57,898 bases of DNA, filler included, from Basidiobolus ranarum (GCA_040143965.1; 2 parts of 2 records of this genome joined end to end with filler, not necessarily neighbours in it); one strand, 5' to 3'. Shown: positions 12,481 through 26,593, numbered from the whole stretch's first letter. A program made the numbers and translations. Notes: generated from the sequence alone by a model not told the origin.

Positions 12481-13403
12481 ATGGTGGTAAGCCATCACTA
12501 TTGCGAGAATAGAAAATTCCCCATGGAAAATATATTGTCTAAATGGTTCTATACTACCTATTCATAAGCAAGTCTATTTTCTTACAAATTCCCATATTAA
12601 TTAGTTAGTTCTTGTAATCGGTGACCTCCATATCCCATATCGTGCTCACGATCTTCCGCAAAAGTTCAAGAAATTGTTGGTTAGTAACGGATTTGCTTCG
12701 ACGGTTTTAGAGATTCTCTTGAAACAGAATCTCTTCTTTAATACGTCATACACAATATTCGCACATTTACTTATACTTTTAGCATCTATCCTAGGTGCCT
12801 GGAAAAATTCAACAAATCATCTGCACTGGAAACGTCTGCGATAAAGAAACTTTCGACTATCTTCGTACAGTATCCAGTGATGTTAACATAGTCAAAGGAG
12901 ATTACGATGAGGTAGAAACACTATGTGGCATTATAAAATACTTTAATTGATACCAACTACTTTAACATACTTTAATAGAGTAACACGTGGCCTTTGACTA
13001 AAATTATACAACACGGTCCTTTGAAGATTGGTGTTTTACATGGTCATCAGGTGATTCCTTGGGGAGATACCGAATCTTTGGGTATTGTCGCCCGTCAAAT
13101 GGACGTTGATATTTTGTTATCTGGACATACTCATCGCTTTGAGGCCTTTGAATACGAAGGGAAATTTTTCGTTAACCCTGGTAGTGCTACAGGAGCTTTC
13201 AGCGGATTATCAGCGTAAGTTTAGTGTCATTGAAACACCTTGTAGAGAAGTACTAAATACCGTTTTAAACCTTATTTATTAGTGATACCATCCCCTCCTT
13301 TGTCCTTATGGATATTCAAGGAACAACCGTTGTTACCTATGTGTATCAACTCATAGACGATGAAGTCAAAGTTGAGAAAATTGAGTATAGAAAGGATGAA
13401 TAA
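12481..13403 (+). CDS. VPS29: Retromer subunit Vps29, multi-exon
   Basis: [73 protein letters not shown]. Stop at 13401-13403. Confidence 0.97.
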
Positions 13404-14449
13404 GACGTGTATTCTGAATAAAGTATTATATTGAGTTGAATTCCACAACACATACTCTCGTCATTTTTACATATTGCAGTTCAACATCAAATCAAAGGAA
13501 AGACTAGAGAATTAGTTTACATAGCCCTGGCGCTATTTGATGGCTTGATGAGGAGTACATGAACCGTGTGTGGGCAGTGTAAATGATTAAAACCTTCAAG
13601 TGATAATCTATAGTAGTCATTGACATGCATGAAGCTAGTCCAATGTTGTAAGCAAGATCAATCATTCTAGAGGCTTGGATGCACTGGTGAAGCATCATTG
13701 GTCGATTCAGAAGGTATTGAGAGGCTGTTAAATGGCTGTGAAAGTAGTCAGAGTTGTCTCATCTGGCCAATTTCGAGGGATTAATCGAATAAAGAGGTCG
13801 ATGTTGACAGGTGAGTTCCTGCCACGAGAAACTAAATATGGACACCAGGGGATCAGCTCTCTCCTGTTTCTAAGGTATGGTGAGTGTTTATTTCTTCGTT
13901 CATTGATCAAAAAAACAAAGCAACATCTCCCCCGCTTAGATATTCAGCCAATGGCAAGGGGGAGAAGTTGATTCACGTTCCAAAGATTCATCAGTTTGTC
14001 ATAAGCAGGCATTCGCTTCTTCACTTCTTCGGTATTTACTGTGATTTGGTGTAACAAATAAGGTGCAGATATTGCGCGTATGAAGAAGTGAATCTCGAGC
14101 CAATGAGACAGCCCAATATATCCCCCATGTTGTCTACACATTATAAGGAAAAGGAAACAAGTGATTAAGAAAATGGGGAGACGAATCAGATGGTAGAGGA
14201 GGGGGGCACGCAGCAGCTCAGATGCTTTATCTCAAGTATTAATTCAAACCCTAACCCGAAATTACTTCCACCAATCCATCACCGTCACAAAATTGACCAA
14301 ATGTAAAAACTTGTCACGTCACATAATTTAACCTTTTCTACTTGCTACTTCTCTCTACTCACTCTCAACCACTCGAATTTCTCTACTCTGTTTATATTGA
14401 AATATCGAATAATTATTCGACTGTGTGAAGTGTATTTACTTGTCTAACT

Positions 14450-17303
14450 ATGCCTTTGTCTTCTCGTCACCATTCTGAAGAGCCAACCTTATCCACACAA
14501 ACAGTTTGTAAAAGTTGTTCTTTTTGCGTTACTAGTCGAAGTTGTTCCTGCCACTCAACGTCTTACACTACAATATATCCAAAATAGATTCTAAGTCCAA
14601 CGTTATCTTTGAAAAGCTGGCTATAAATATTGGTTTGTCGGACGTCGATTTGAAGTTATCAAACATATTCGAAAAAGTCAAACAACAGGTACTTGTTTGT
14701 TGGTTCGTACATATAGGCGTCATTGGTGAAATGAATTTACTGACCTATTTTGATATATAGGTTGCCAATTGGGGAGAAGGGGCCCATCTGAAGCTTGAGC
14801 TTGTTTTACTCCCTATTGGTTTGTGTAATACCTCAGGTAGTTGGTCTTAAAAATAATATTGGCCAGGTTGAGAGTAATGCACTTACACATTTAATTAGAG
14901 AAACAAACCGAAGGATTTAGTTCCGTATATACTGAAGATGAGCAGAAGGTGAAACTAGAAGTATTTATTTTCACGAAAGTTGAGTTACTAGTTGACAATG
15001 AAATCTAAAGTCAATTTCAATATCAGAATCGAGGGGATGTATTTGAAGACGAAGAAATCACCGTCAATGATCCTAAGTATAGGAACATCGACGAGCAGGT
15101 AGCAAACAAATATTGTTAATCCATGAATATGTTCTAGTTATTTATCCTTTCATAGCTAAGAAAAGCTCTTGACTATGCGCATCATTTGGAAGAAATCATA
15201 AAAAGACAACGTGAGGAGTTTTCGGCAAAGGTATGCCACGAATGATTTACATAGTTACGATACATCATTGAACCACTACTCACGCAACAGTCTCTAAGTT
15301 GGAGAAGATCGAAGAAGAAGCCACTAGCGACAACCAAGAGTTACAGTGCATGAAGAAATATTACCAAAGCCGAGATGAGGAAAACCGACTCCAAACAACA
15401 GTCGAGAATAACTTACAATCTCAGTTAATATCAAGTCTAAACCAGAAGCTTGAAAAAGCCTATCAACGTTTGGCTAAATTTGAAGATTCTCGGTCGAAGG
15501 TAAACCCCTGGTTTAAATAAGTCATCGATGGTCCGACTAATAGTGACACAGCATCAACAGTCGAAACGTTCCAAGAAGCTAGCCAAAAAGCACTCATACG
15601 ATGAAAATGTAAGTTATTACACCCTCATATAGCCAACCACTTGAAATAACTATAAATACGCTTTAGATCTACGTCGAAGATAATCGAATTAGAAGTCCCA
15701 GTTCCCATAGTTGCGCCGAATCTTCGTCTGGCCTCGAGAACCTTTTCTTGTTGGCTGACCAGACCCTTTCACATGTAGTAAATTCACCACCACTTACAAC
15801 GGAGAATATAGGGCCTCCACCTACAACTCCTGCCAAAACATCGAATGCTAGCTCATCAGATATGATTGTTTTGCCCATTTTCAATAATAACGTCGCTTCT
15901 GATAGACTCTTAGCTAAACGAAATGTTGAAAAAGACGATCCATTTAAATCCAGAAACGTAAGCGAGCTTCAATTGCGTAATGGCCTTCACTCAAACATTC
16001 TAATGCTCCGATTGTATATAGGAACCAGATAGCGAACATAGGCGCTCATCAGAGTCCTCTCAGGTTTGATATATTTTGTCAGCAATCATCAAATTTATTT
16101 ATTAACAGATAACCACTGTAGGAAGATACACTACCAAACTCTCCTGATGGCCATTTCTCTCATTCCAATATACCAGAAACTCCGAAAAGAGCACATTCCC
16201 TTATGCTCCCATCTTCTAGCCATGTGAAAAAGCTCGTACCAAAAATTGACATGCTAACAATGAAGCCTACATCTACTTCCCCAGAGTTCTTGGGTAAAGC
16301 TAGTACGGTGTTTAAACCTATATCCCCTTTACCAAAAAAGGAGATAACTTCTCTACAGATGACACAGAACATGAGTCCACTTCAACAACGAATAAAGCCA
16401 GTTAATTCCGCTGTCGCCTCTAACACAGTATCATCTACTTCACAATTCCCATTCACAAATCCAAGTTATCCAGGGATTCAGAGGAAAGGACGAAGTCCTT
16501 ATGTTAAATGGACTCCCGAAGAAGACGCTTTATTAAGAAAAGCAGTGGCTGCCAATGGCTGCAAGAACTGGGAGCAGGTAGCTAAAGCTGTACCTGGTCG
16601 AAGCTATCATCAATGTAGGCAGCGTTGGATCAAAGTCTTGAAGAATGGAAGTGTACAGGCAAATTATGGTGGCAGATTTCTATCCACAGAGTCACATTCA
16701 CTTACTTCACAGGGGCCTGTTACACCCACTCGAACTCCAAATCACAGTATGAATGTCGGAAACACTCATCAAACTCCAACACCTGGAAGGAAGGCAATCG
16801 ATATCCTCCCTACTCCTCCAACAGGCATTTCTACGCCAGCGCATCAAACTCCGCAACACCCTATAGCAATTGCCCCTAAGCCTCCTGTATTTCAAACATT
16901 AGCTAACGTGGGGAATCTTTCCCCACCGTTGCAAGACAATTCTTCCAAGGTTTTTGAAGAGCGCTTACTTCAAGGGCCAGTCATGGGAGTTTTCCCACCA
17001 TCTGGTTTTCACAATACTCATCAAGAAAACGATGGCAACTATCAGTCAATATCTGATAGTAATAACACTATCCAATCCCCATCCCCGAATAAAGAGGGAT
17101 CAGGAGACCTCTTGGCCGGGTTAAACGCATTGGCATCTGTATCAACTGCTCAAAGTGAAATACGTCCAAGATCGAATTCACTTTCTTTAATGGACAACTC
17201 TATGAAAAGGCCCAGACTTGATTCTCATACACCCTCCCCCGAAACCAAGCCATATGAGCAGCCACCTTCCTGCAACCCGCTCTCCAAAATCCTGCAAAGC
17301 TGA
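14450..17303 (+). CDS. Myb/SANT-domain protein with coiled coil and long low-complexity regions, multi-exon
   Basis: A single Myb repeat KWTPEEDALLRKAVAANGCKNWEQVAKAVPGRSYHQCRQRW in the terminal exon. A chain of GT-AG-bounded coding exons runs from ATG 14450. Confidence 0.78.
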
Positions 17304-17757
17304 AGTGTGATACCATCTAATTTTAGACTTTTCCTTGGATAAATATGTAGTATACTCAGCTTTTATCGAGGCGATAACGAAGCGGATTAATTCATTTTTT
17401 ACATATGTATTGTTAACAGATCCATTTCGACATGCTTTGATGCTTATGTTTGTCTTATTATATTTTTTTACCTTTCTCTCTACATCTATCTTCATTATAA
17501 TAGTAGTTCGCAACTGAATGTATATAAATGTATTAGTAAACTGTTTAAACAACCACCCTAGTTCGAACCGATGTTTTCGTGAGATTGGTTATGTTTCTAA
17601 GCATTTCCCATGGTGTTGTCAAGTCTTGATAGTTATCAATTGGCCAAGTATTACGATGTTTACTAAAGCAAAAAGGACTCCAAACAAACAAACAATTAGT
17701 TGTTAAAGACACGACCTTTTTACTGCCTAGCGACGTCCTTCCATACACGTATGTATC

Positions 17758-19371
17758 ATGTCCATCACTCAAGAGCCTCTTGCAGCCACAAATGATATGG
17801 AAAAGATTGAGCAAAATATCACCTTAATCCTTCAAGAGATAGATAAGAATTTCTCAAGTTGTCATGCCACCGCTACGAACAACCTACTTCCACGAGTCAA
17901 CCACTTCTGTAATACTTCAAAGCAAATCATAGACGATGTCAAGGTATTTGAAGAATATATTTTCGTTGTCTATGCTGGAAAAATATCTAACAATAATTAT
18001 TAGCCTTGGCTTCAATTCTTTGAACTAGTGAACGAGTTTGAAAGTATTAGTGAGAGAGTAAACAATACAATTGAGTCACCTAATATTAAAGGCTCTCAGG
18101 AACCTAGTTTCATTTCCCCGACATCAGAGAAGAGAAGCATAATTACCGACACTGAAAATTCGCCTGCTTACCCAATATTGCAAAGTCAGCACATACCTAC
18201 TCCTGTCAAAAAAATTAAATTGCCGAAATTGAGTACTCCTCTACTGCACCAGGTTTTTGCCAAATCTCTTCAAGAAAAAACCAATCTTCGTTCAGTTCAT
18301 TTGGCTCCTGACGCTAAGTTTAAAGATAAACAAATGGAACGATATAATATTTCTAAAGTACCTGATAGTGGTGCTACTCCGCGTAGTATTAAACAAATTT
18401 TATCGGCAAGTAGAGCCAGTTCCGAACGAAAACCGTCGGTTAGATCAGCTTCACTTCCGTCACGTATGCGTGATTATACTTTTGGTAATGAATCACCGAT
18501 TGATTCCCCGCTTACGGTGGATACTCCTTTCTCCGCTGCAAGAAGTGAGCGCTTAGTTTCCGGTGAACTTTCGCTTCGATCAACACCTCAAGCTAACAAC
18601 TCTAGCACATCAGTGTGCCATAGTATAGATGCTCAAAGTTATAAGAGTTACAACAGTAATTCTACTATGGAAGAGCCTGAATTAAAAACCTCGTTTGCCA
18701 AACTATATAGTGATACCAGCCCAAGCAGCTCAGATATCGATACACCTACATTACTTACACCGAACTTGGATAAGATAAGTGTAGTTGACTCCGATCATTC
18801 ATTGATAAATACTCTAGAAAATCAGTTGTATGACAATGGCTCTCCAACTCTCCCCCAGCCTCGCATGCTTCGTGACTCTTTGAACCAAATAAGTCGACAA
18901 ACTTTCCATAATGAAGGCAACAAACTGTTGTTTTATTTACGTGCCAATATTATGGTTATCTAACCTTGGGTTTTTTCCCTTAGAAGAATATCCAGTCTTT
19001 TCATTAAGTCTATTTCCTAAAGCTTTCCAGGTATTGCGTCTCAGTGATATAAAAAACAAGAATCTTTTCATTTCATTTAATTGATTACGACAGGAATCGC
19101 CTGGTTCAGATCAACTTGCCTCACTCTACAACCAATTCAGACAAGAACCCATTAAGGCACTTGTAAGTTTACAACATGATATATCACAGTTCTCTAGAGT
19201 AGAAGTAACCAAATGGATTTATAGAATATGCAGGACCTACGACAGGCGTTGCCAGAGTTCGACCATGAGCGCCTAAGCCTTCTCATCAACCTTCTGGTTC
19301 GTCGTAAGCTTGTTAAACGCTCAAATCAATACGATGGTTGGAGTATGTGCATGGCTGTGAGTAGTCAATGA
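17758..19371 (+). CDS. ASK1: DASH/Dam1 kinetochore complex subunit Ask1, multi-exon
   Basis: N-terminal MEKIEQNITLILQEIDKNFSSCH...LLPRV...|PWLQFFE is the Ask1 signature. It is followed by an S/T/P-rich middle and a compact C-terminal domain. Stop at 19369-19371. Confidence 0.88.
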
Positions 19372-19823
19372 ATGGCTGTGCGTAAATGACCGTGACTTGT
19401 TATTTTCGACAGCATTTCAGAAGCTTGTCGTTAGGTCTGATAATCATCCTTTCTACTTTAGTACTCATTAAGGTACCAGATATACTGAGAGTCGAGCTGT
19501 GGAATAGTTAATAAGCCCTTGCTGAAAAAGGAAACACTTACTAAATAAAATCCAATCATTTATCAAATCAATCAAACTTATTGTTCCTTAATATTGTATA
19601 GTTAAATTTGTACAACATGGGTAAATTTTCTGAATATTCGAAGTTAAAAAATAGAATTTACGTTGGACCAAAACAGAAAAAAAAGTAAAAAAAATATTTC
19701 TCAAGAAAGTATGGACCATCATTGCCGAATGCATATTTGGTGTATGGTCGGTAACTAGCTTTTTTGCCTTGTCCTTCTCTTACGTTTCCTTCTTCGAGAG
19801 TTGCCTTATTTTCGTCTACTTAA

Positions 19824-22800
19824 ATGGATGTGAGTTCCACGTTTATTTTCATATGCAATTAGTCCGACTGTGCTAAATATGACTTTTATTTACTGTCTCA
19901 TTTAGCAACAATATCTTACCGGTCTGGATGGCCTTCTCAATGAATTGGTGTTCGGAGCTACTGACACCGCTAGAATTAGAGCTGTAAATATACTTAAATT
20001 TCAGTAGTAGGTTTCCCTACAACATATTAATGAACTATTTTTAAAGGCCACTTCCACCTTGAACACTCAATATTATACCAATGCCAATTGCATTCCTGCT
20101 TTGACTGAAATCCTCCAAAAATCCCCTCATTGGCAGGTATTTGTCACAAGTTACTTGTACCTTGTTTCAAAAGTACTTTTTTAACTTTAGTCATGACATG
20201 TAGATAAGACAACTCGCTGCTGTGGAACTAAGAAAGAGAACTTCCAAGTTCTGGCCTCAATTAGACGAAAGCTTACAGTTGACCATTAAGACTAGCTTGT
20301 TGGAATATATTGTTCAAGAGCCTCAGTGCGTTTCCTTTCCTTTCCTTCTTTAAATAACTCCATACTGAATTTTCATTGTAATTATCAGAGCTCTTACTCG
20401 TCATTCGGCTGCTCGCGTTATCTCCTCAATTGCCAAGTTGGAGCTTCCTGCTAACAAATGGACTGACCTTATTCAATTCCTCTACCAATGTTGCAGCAGT
20501 CCTAATGCAGGCCATCGTGAGGTAATTAGTTTACATAAGGAAATAACCTAATTTCAATACCAATTAACGTTGATTCATAATCCTAAGGTCGGTGTCTATA
20601 TTCTCTTCACTCTCTTTGAAGTTATCGCCGATTTCTTCCAAGAACACATTCGTCAATTATTCGAGCTTTTCAAAGCTTCTATCGCTGATCCCGAAAGTAA
20701 GGCCGTTAGAGTTACCACTCTACAAGCTTTAGGAAAGATCGCGGATTTCATTGAGCCAGAAAATAAGGATGAAGTAAAGATGTTCCAAGACCTTGTTCCT
20801 TCCATGGTTGCTGTCTTACAACAGTGCCTTGCCGATGGTGATGAGGATTCTGCTTCCAAGGGTTTCGAGGTCTTCGACTCTATTCTTATGTTGGAAACCC
20901 CTCTTCTCTCCAAGCATATTGCCGAACTCATTGATTTCTTCTTGAGTGTTGGTGCCAATCAAGAATATGATGGTTCCATGCGTGTAATGGCATTGTCCTT
21001 CATGATGTGGGCAGCTGTCTACAAGAAGGCTAGAATTCAAAGACTCAAGTTGGTTGGCCCTATTATTCAGCGTTTGATGCCAATTGGTATTGAAGAAGAT
21101 CCCGAAGATATTGACGAAGATTCCCCATCTCGTTCTGCATTCAAGGTCTTGAACGCTTTGGCCACCAACCTTCCTCCTCAACAAGTGTTCCCGGTTGTTA
21201 TTGAGATTGTTCTTGCTTACATGCAGAACCAAGACCCTAGATACAGAAAATCCGCTATGATGTCTCTCGCTGTTTCGATTGAAGGTTGCGCTGATTTCCT
21301 CCGTCCCAAGATCAATGATCTTCTTCCTTTGGTCTGCACTGGTCTTCAAGATCCAGATCTAGTGGTCAGAAGATCAGCTTGTATGACTCTTGGTTGCCTT
21401 GCTGATGAGCTTGATGAGGAAATTGCCGCACAACACGCCACTCTCCTACCACTTATCTTGAATCTTATGAACGATCCTAACACTGAGACCAACAAGCAAG
21501 CTTGTAACGCATTGGATGCCATCCTTGAAGGTCTTGGTGATAATGTCATTCAGTATCTTCCCCAATTGATGGAAAAGCTCGTCTTCCTCTTGGACCACAG
21601 CGGTCTTGAAGTCAAGGCTACCGTCACCGCTGCCATTGGTTCTGCTGCCCATGCCGCTGGTGAGGAATTCAAGCCTTACTTCCCTGAAGTCATTGCTAGA
21701 TTGAAGCACATGATGACCATCAAGGGTAACCATGAAGAGATGATGCTCAGAGGTGTGGCTACTGATACTGCCGGTGCCATCGCTGAAGCTGTTGGTCGTG
21801 AGCTCGTACAGCCCCATCTTAATGAACTCATCCACTATGCCACCGAAGGTATGCAATTCGAATCCTCTAGACTTAGAGAGTGCGCTTATTGCTTCTTTGC
21901 GGTGATTGGCCGAGTTATTCAAGATGACTTGGCCCCTTACCTCAATACCATTGTTCCACAATTGATCCAAAGTTGTCAAGCGGAGGAGAAGGATGACTTC
22001 ATCGGTGGAGAAGAAGATTTGGGCACAGGTGATATGGATGACGAAGATGATGAACAAGCTTTCCAATTCAACTCCGCTATTGCTGATGAGAAGGAGATCG
22101 CTGCCGATGCTCTTGGTGAGATCTTTGAAAATACTAGATCCCATTTCTTGCCTTATGTCGAGGCATCCATTCAAGAATTGGTGAAATTATCCGAGCATTA
22201 TTCTGATAGTGTTCGTAAAGCAGTGGTTGGTTCATTGTTCCAATTCCTCAACACCTTCCATGAAATGTCCAGCCCTGCCGACTGGGCTCCTGGTCTACCC
22301 CCCAAGGCTCCAGTTCATGAGAATGTAGATTCCATGATCAAACTCGTAATCCCTACCGTTTTAAGAATGTGGGAAGAAGAAGATGACAAGCTGGTGGTCA
22401 TCCAGGTTTGTCACGAATTGGTCGCTTCTTTGAAGAACGTTGGTCCAGCTCTCATTGCTGATCATCTTGATGCCATTGCTACCCATATCCTTCAGGTTTT
22501 GGAGAAGAAAGCACTCTGCCAAATGGACCAAGAAGATGAAGATGGTTTGTTGGATGAAGAAGAACAAGCAGAACATGATGCTTTGTTGATCAGTGCCGCT
22601 TCCGATGTTATCGGAGCCTTGTCACAAACTGTTGGTCCAGATTTCCTTCAGTATGCGCGAGTTTTCATTCCTCATATGAAGAAGTACTACAAGAAGTCCA
22701 GACCTGTATCCGATAGATCCATGGCCATTGGATGTCTTGGAGAAGTTTGCTCCGGATTAAAGCAAGGAGTTACCGAATTCACTGAAGATTTGTTGAATCT

Positions 22801-23266
22801 ATTCTTAAAATCACTTCATGATGAAGAGGAGGAGGTCCGTAGTAACGGTGCCTTTGCCATCGGTGTACTCTGTGAAAATGCATCGGTTGATCTATCCAGT
22901 CAATATTTGACCATCCTTATGGGACTTCATCCCCTCTTTGAACGTCAAGTATTACCCAACATGACCGATAATGCTTGCGGTGCTTTAGCACGTATGATTA
23001 TGGCCCGCCCTGAGGCAGTCCCATTGGATCAAGTACTCCCAGTTTTCATTCAAGCTTTACCACTTCGTCGTGATTTCGAAGAGAATGAACCAGTGTATCG
23101 TTGTCTTTTCACTCTTATTCGTGCCAATAACCCCATTGTTATGTCACAAAGAGCACATTTGATTCAAGTATTCCAACAAGTACTTAGTCCACCTGAATTC
23201 CAAATCAAACCCAAAACTCGTGAAGAAATGACGGAATTATTGAACGCACTTAGTGGTCAACAATAG
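19824..23266 (+). CDS. KAP123: Importin beta-4 (Kap123/IPO4), HEAT-repeat karyopherin
   Basis: IBN_N motif IRQLAAVELRKR in the 5' exons, and an 898-aa HEAT-repeat ORF with acidic loops and EKEIAADALGE. Confidence 0.93.
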
Positions 23267-23778
23267 ATTCATTTCTTCTTTTTTAAAATCCCCCCCACAC
23301 CCATTTTCCCTTTAATTGATTCATCTTTACTCTTACCCTACTACGCTTTACCTTCAACCACATCACTGTCACTACTACCTTTTCTTCATCCACATAGTTC
23401 CTCTTATACATTTTAGATCCTATCCAACACCTCTCCTCTTCTATATTAACTCGAGTCCCAATCCAATGATTCTTAGTAAAAGTTGAATATTATCCCATTT
23501 CAATGATAAATCATCGGATTTATAGAGTGATTTTGGTTAACAAAATATTGATGAATAGAAAAAAAATAGATTGTACAATGGTTTGTGTAGAGTATTAAAA
23601 AGGGGGGAAATAATTGGTGGGTGGTGGAACACATGGTAAATCTAAATCGCCTGGTATATGATATATACTTTGATGTGGTTGAAGATGGAGTCCAAGCTCA
23701 GGGGGGGGGATGGGATGGGGCTAGTGTCAGGACTAATGCCAGAGTGGTAGTTGGCAATGGCAATGGCAATGATCAAAC

Positions 23779-26088
23779 CTATGCAGTCACTGGATTTCTT
23801 TGAATTAAAGTAACACTTGACCGTTTACGACATGCTTTCATATTTTTAAGCTGAGAAGATGGGGTTTTTAGGGAAAATGGTGGACTGTTATAAACGATTT
23901 GTGGTGATTCCTGGGTTAGTGTAGACGTACGTTTAACGGAGGAAGATTCACTATGAAACTCTTGTCGGGGCTTGGTGACTTGTTCATATAAAAGCATATA
24001 TGGATTAGCCCCTAGTACACGATCAGTTGGTACTGGTTCAACATTATCATCAGACACCAAATACCACTCATCTGATGCTGGAGGCAATGATTCACCTTCA
24101 GAGGGTGGCGAATTCCTGGAAACAGGTTTGCGCCGATATGCGATGAAATGTCCATACGAATGATCCCCATAATGAACAATAATCGCTTGTAGACGGTACT
24201 TGTAGTTATTCACATTCTCTTCGTCCGGTAGCGATAAAGGAAGATTTGGTCGAGTGTTCAAGTGTCCCGTCGTACAGAATGGTGATAAATCTAAATACTC
24301 TGGGAACATTACTTGACATCCATTTTTGACGATATACCCGTAAGGATTGATGACCGAGCGGGATATATGAAGACATAAAGTAAGAGGAGGCTAGAAAGTA
24401 CGGAATAAATAAATGCTTCGCAATTCAATAAGTCGTAAATGGTATCACCTTGGCTATCATTACTTGCTTGGTAGATATTTTAGGTACAGATCGAATGAGT
24501 TTGATATCTCCCTTGAATTAACCTTTAGTATATATTGCATTACAACTACGTAAGAGGCTTTTTGAGTTACCATCTCTGCTTCGATGTTGGATGTCAATGA
24601 GCTTCGTACAGTTTCTCTTTGTTGCTTCAACTTTTTGAGTTTTTTGGATTTCGGGTTCGCTCCTATTTGTTTGATTCTACTATCGTAATCAGCCAGCGTG
24701 GCTTTTAAGGAACATCTACGACAGGAAGCATCTTCTAAGGTTTCGATTTCAATGTAAGAGCGCAAGCAATCTTCTAATGAACATACTCTCTGAATTGGGT
24801 TGAAAAATGGGGTTAATAGTGGTTTTAAGCGTGTAGTTAAGATACACAGGAGTACCTTGTGTGGTAACGTAAGTGAGATGTTGTCGAATGTAAAGTGACG
24901 AATAGCTTCCTAGAAATGTGGTTAAACTTGTATTCAACTGCGGTACCATTTAGAAGGTAACTTACTGTATATCCACATTGTCCACATGCCAATCTACTAG
25001 CAAGAAGACCAGAGAAAGGATTCTTGAGGGAAACCGAGTGAGAGGCTGGATTGATGCTTGTAGTCTACAATAAAACGAAATTGAGAATTGAAGCATCGAA
25101 TCTATTAGTCGTCTTACTTTAATACACACCTTTTGTTTTGCTAATGAACCTTTTAAAAAACTGACATCAAATAAAGGTTGCACAGAGGATGTAATTTTGG
25201 CTTCTTCTGAGCTTAGTGCCGACGAGATGATTTGAAATAGCTCTTGCGCATCCTTGTGAACAAGTTTAGTTAGCAACATTGCATCAAAGTCGAGAACGTA
25301 ATGATCGACGACATACCTGCTGCTCTTGATTGACAACTCGACGATTGCTCCTAAGTGCTTCAACAACGAGACGAGGTCTAAAAGCCTTGGGTCTGGAGAT
25401 TTTTTGATTTAAAACTATACAAAAGGCACTATAGTAAGTATGCATAGTTTCGATAGAAGTTAAGCTAGCTCGTGAGTATACCGGTGCAGGTGTTTAATAG
25501 GGCGTTGGAAACAGGTAACTCGACTGGATCTTTACAGTTGAACAGATTTTTTCTTTCTTCCATATCACTCAAGTATTCATCAAGATAACAAGAGGTCGCG
25601 AGACTCTAATATAGGTATCAAAGAAATTCGTGACTAAAAATTCCAAACTTCAAGTTGAAAAGTCGCGTCTTACCTGAAGAACTGAGTTCAAAAAGCAGGA
25701 ATTTCCAGTGTTAACTAAGCCGTATATGAGACACCCGTCTTCTATAATAAAATAAGCAAAAAGGATTAGTTTACAACCCAGCTGGAAGGTAAATAAACCA
25801 ACTCCTTTTCAACAAGAAATTAAGTTACCCACCAGAACCAACTTCATTCAAGTGATTTCGGTTTTCAGATAAAATGTCCAACTCGGTCTCAGCAAAAACT
25901 CCACTGAAAAGCCAATTGATAACGAAAGTAAAAGGAGAAAATAACTTATATAGAAAACTATTTCTTATAAGACCAAATAAATTCCCAATAATATATCTGG
26001 CGTGCGAAAGTAAGAGCAGGACTATAAGTAGTCCAGCGGTGGAAGCCACAAAAATCTGGACATTAAGCGGAATAAAAGTTACGATCAT
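23779..26088 (-). CDS. Ubiquitin-specific protease (USP) with N-terminal transmembrane segment, USP30/Ubp16-like, multi-exon
   Basis: Cys box GLVNTGNSCFLNSVLQ, QQDAQELFQ, His box YRLQAIIVHYGDHSYGHFIAYR, WYLVSDD and YMLLYE. Hydrophobic N-terminus. Confidence 0.9.
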
Positions 26089-26593
26089 AAGGTACGCTGT
26101 GCACTCTCAATTGAGCTAATGAAAAACTATCAACAAATAAATGGATGATCTTTACAGTAATTCAGAATAGTCAAGGCAAGTAAAATACTAGCAGAGAAAG
26201 AGCTCCAGTCAGATACTCACTGAATGTCATTAGAATATGAGTTTGTTGACCAGTTACTATTGGTCAACAGTAGTTAATTCGAGAGTCTATGTTCTCGGTA
26301 TTTTTTATTCTATAATTTCACTTAAACATCAGAAACACAGAAATTGACGAATATAATCGGATATTTTGATTAGTTCAAAAACGCAGTCTATCTCTACTAT
26401 TTCTATGGATCCATCCCCAGTCCATTGACAGAAGAATGGTTTGTACGTGCAAAGGATGTTAAGAATGGTCTGGAGCGAGATGTTGTTATGCAAGACAGTA
26501 AGCACCAATAAAGGTTGATGAAAGCTGATAAATCAACGGATTGGGAGGAGTATAGTACAGAATGATCTAGAGAGGTGGGTACAGTACAAGTGA

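Noticed and set aside
19351..19389. Small imperfect duplication ATGGCTGTG...AATGA at the ASK1 stop
   Set aside because: Two short copies only, with no evident consequence.
20573..23266. Very long intron-free 3' exon in KAP123 (likewise in Argonaute) as retrogene evidence
   Set aside because: Both genes keep 5' introns, and a 5'-biased intron distribution is common in fungi.
26243..26270. Inverted repeat TGTTGACCA...TGGTCAACA upstream of the USP gene
   Set aside because: A single 9-bp stem is expected by chance in 58 kb.
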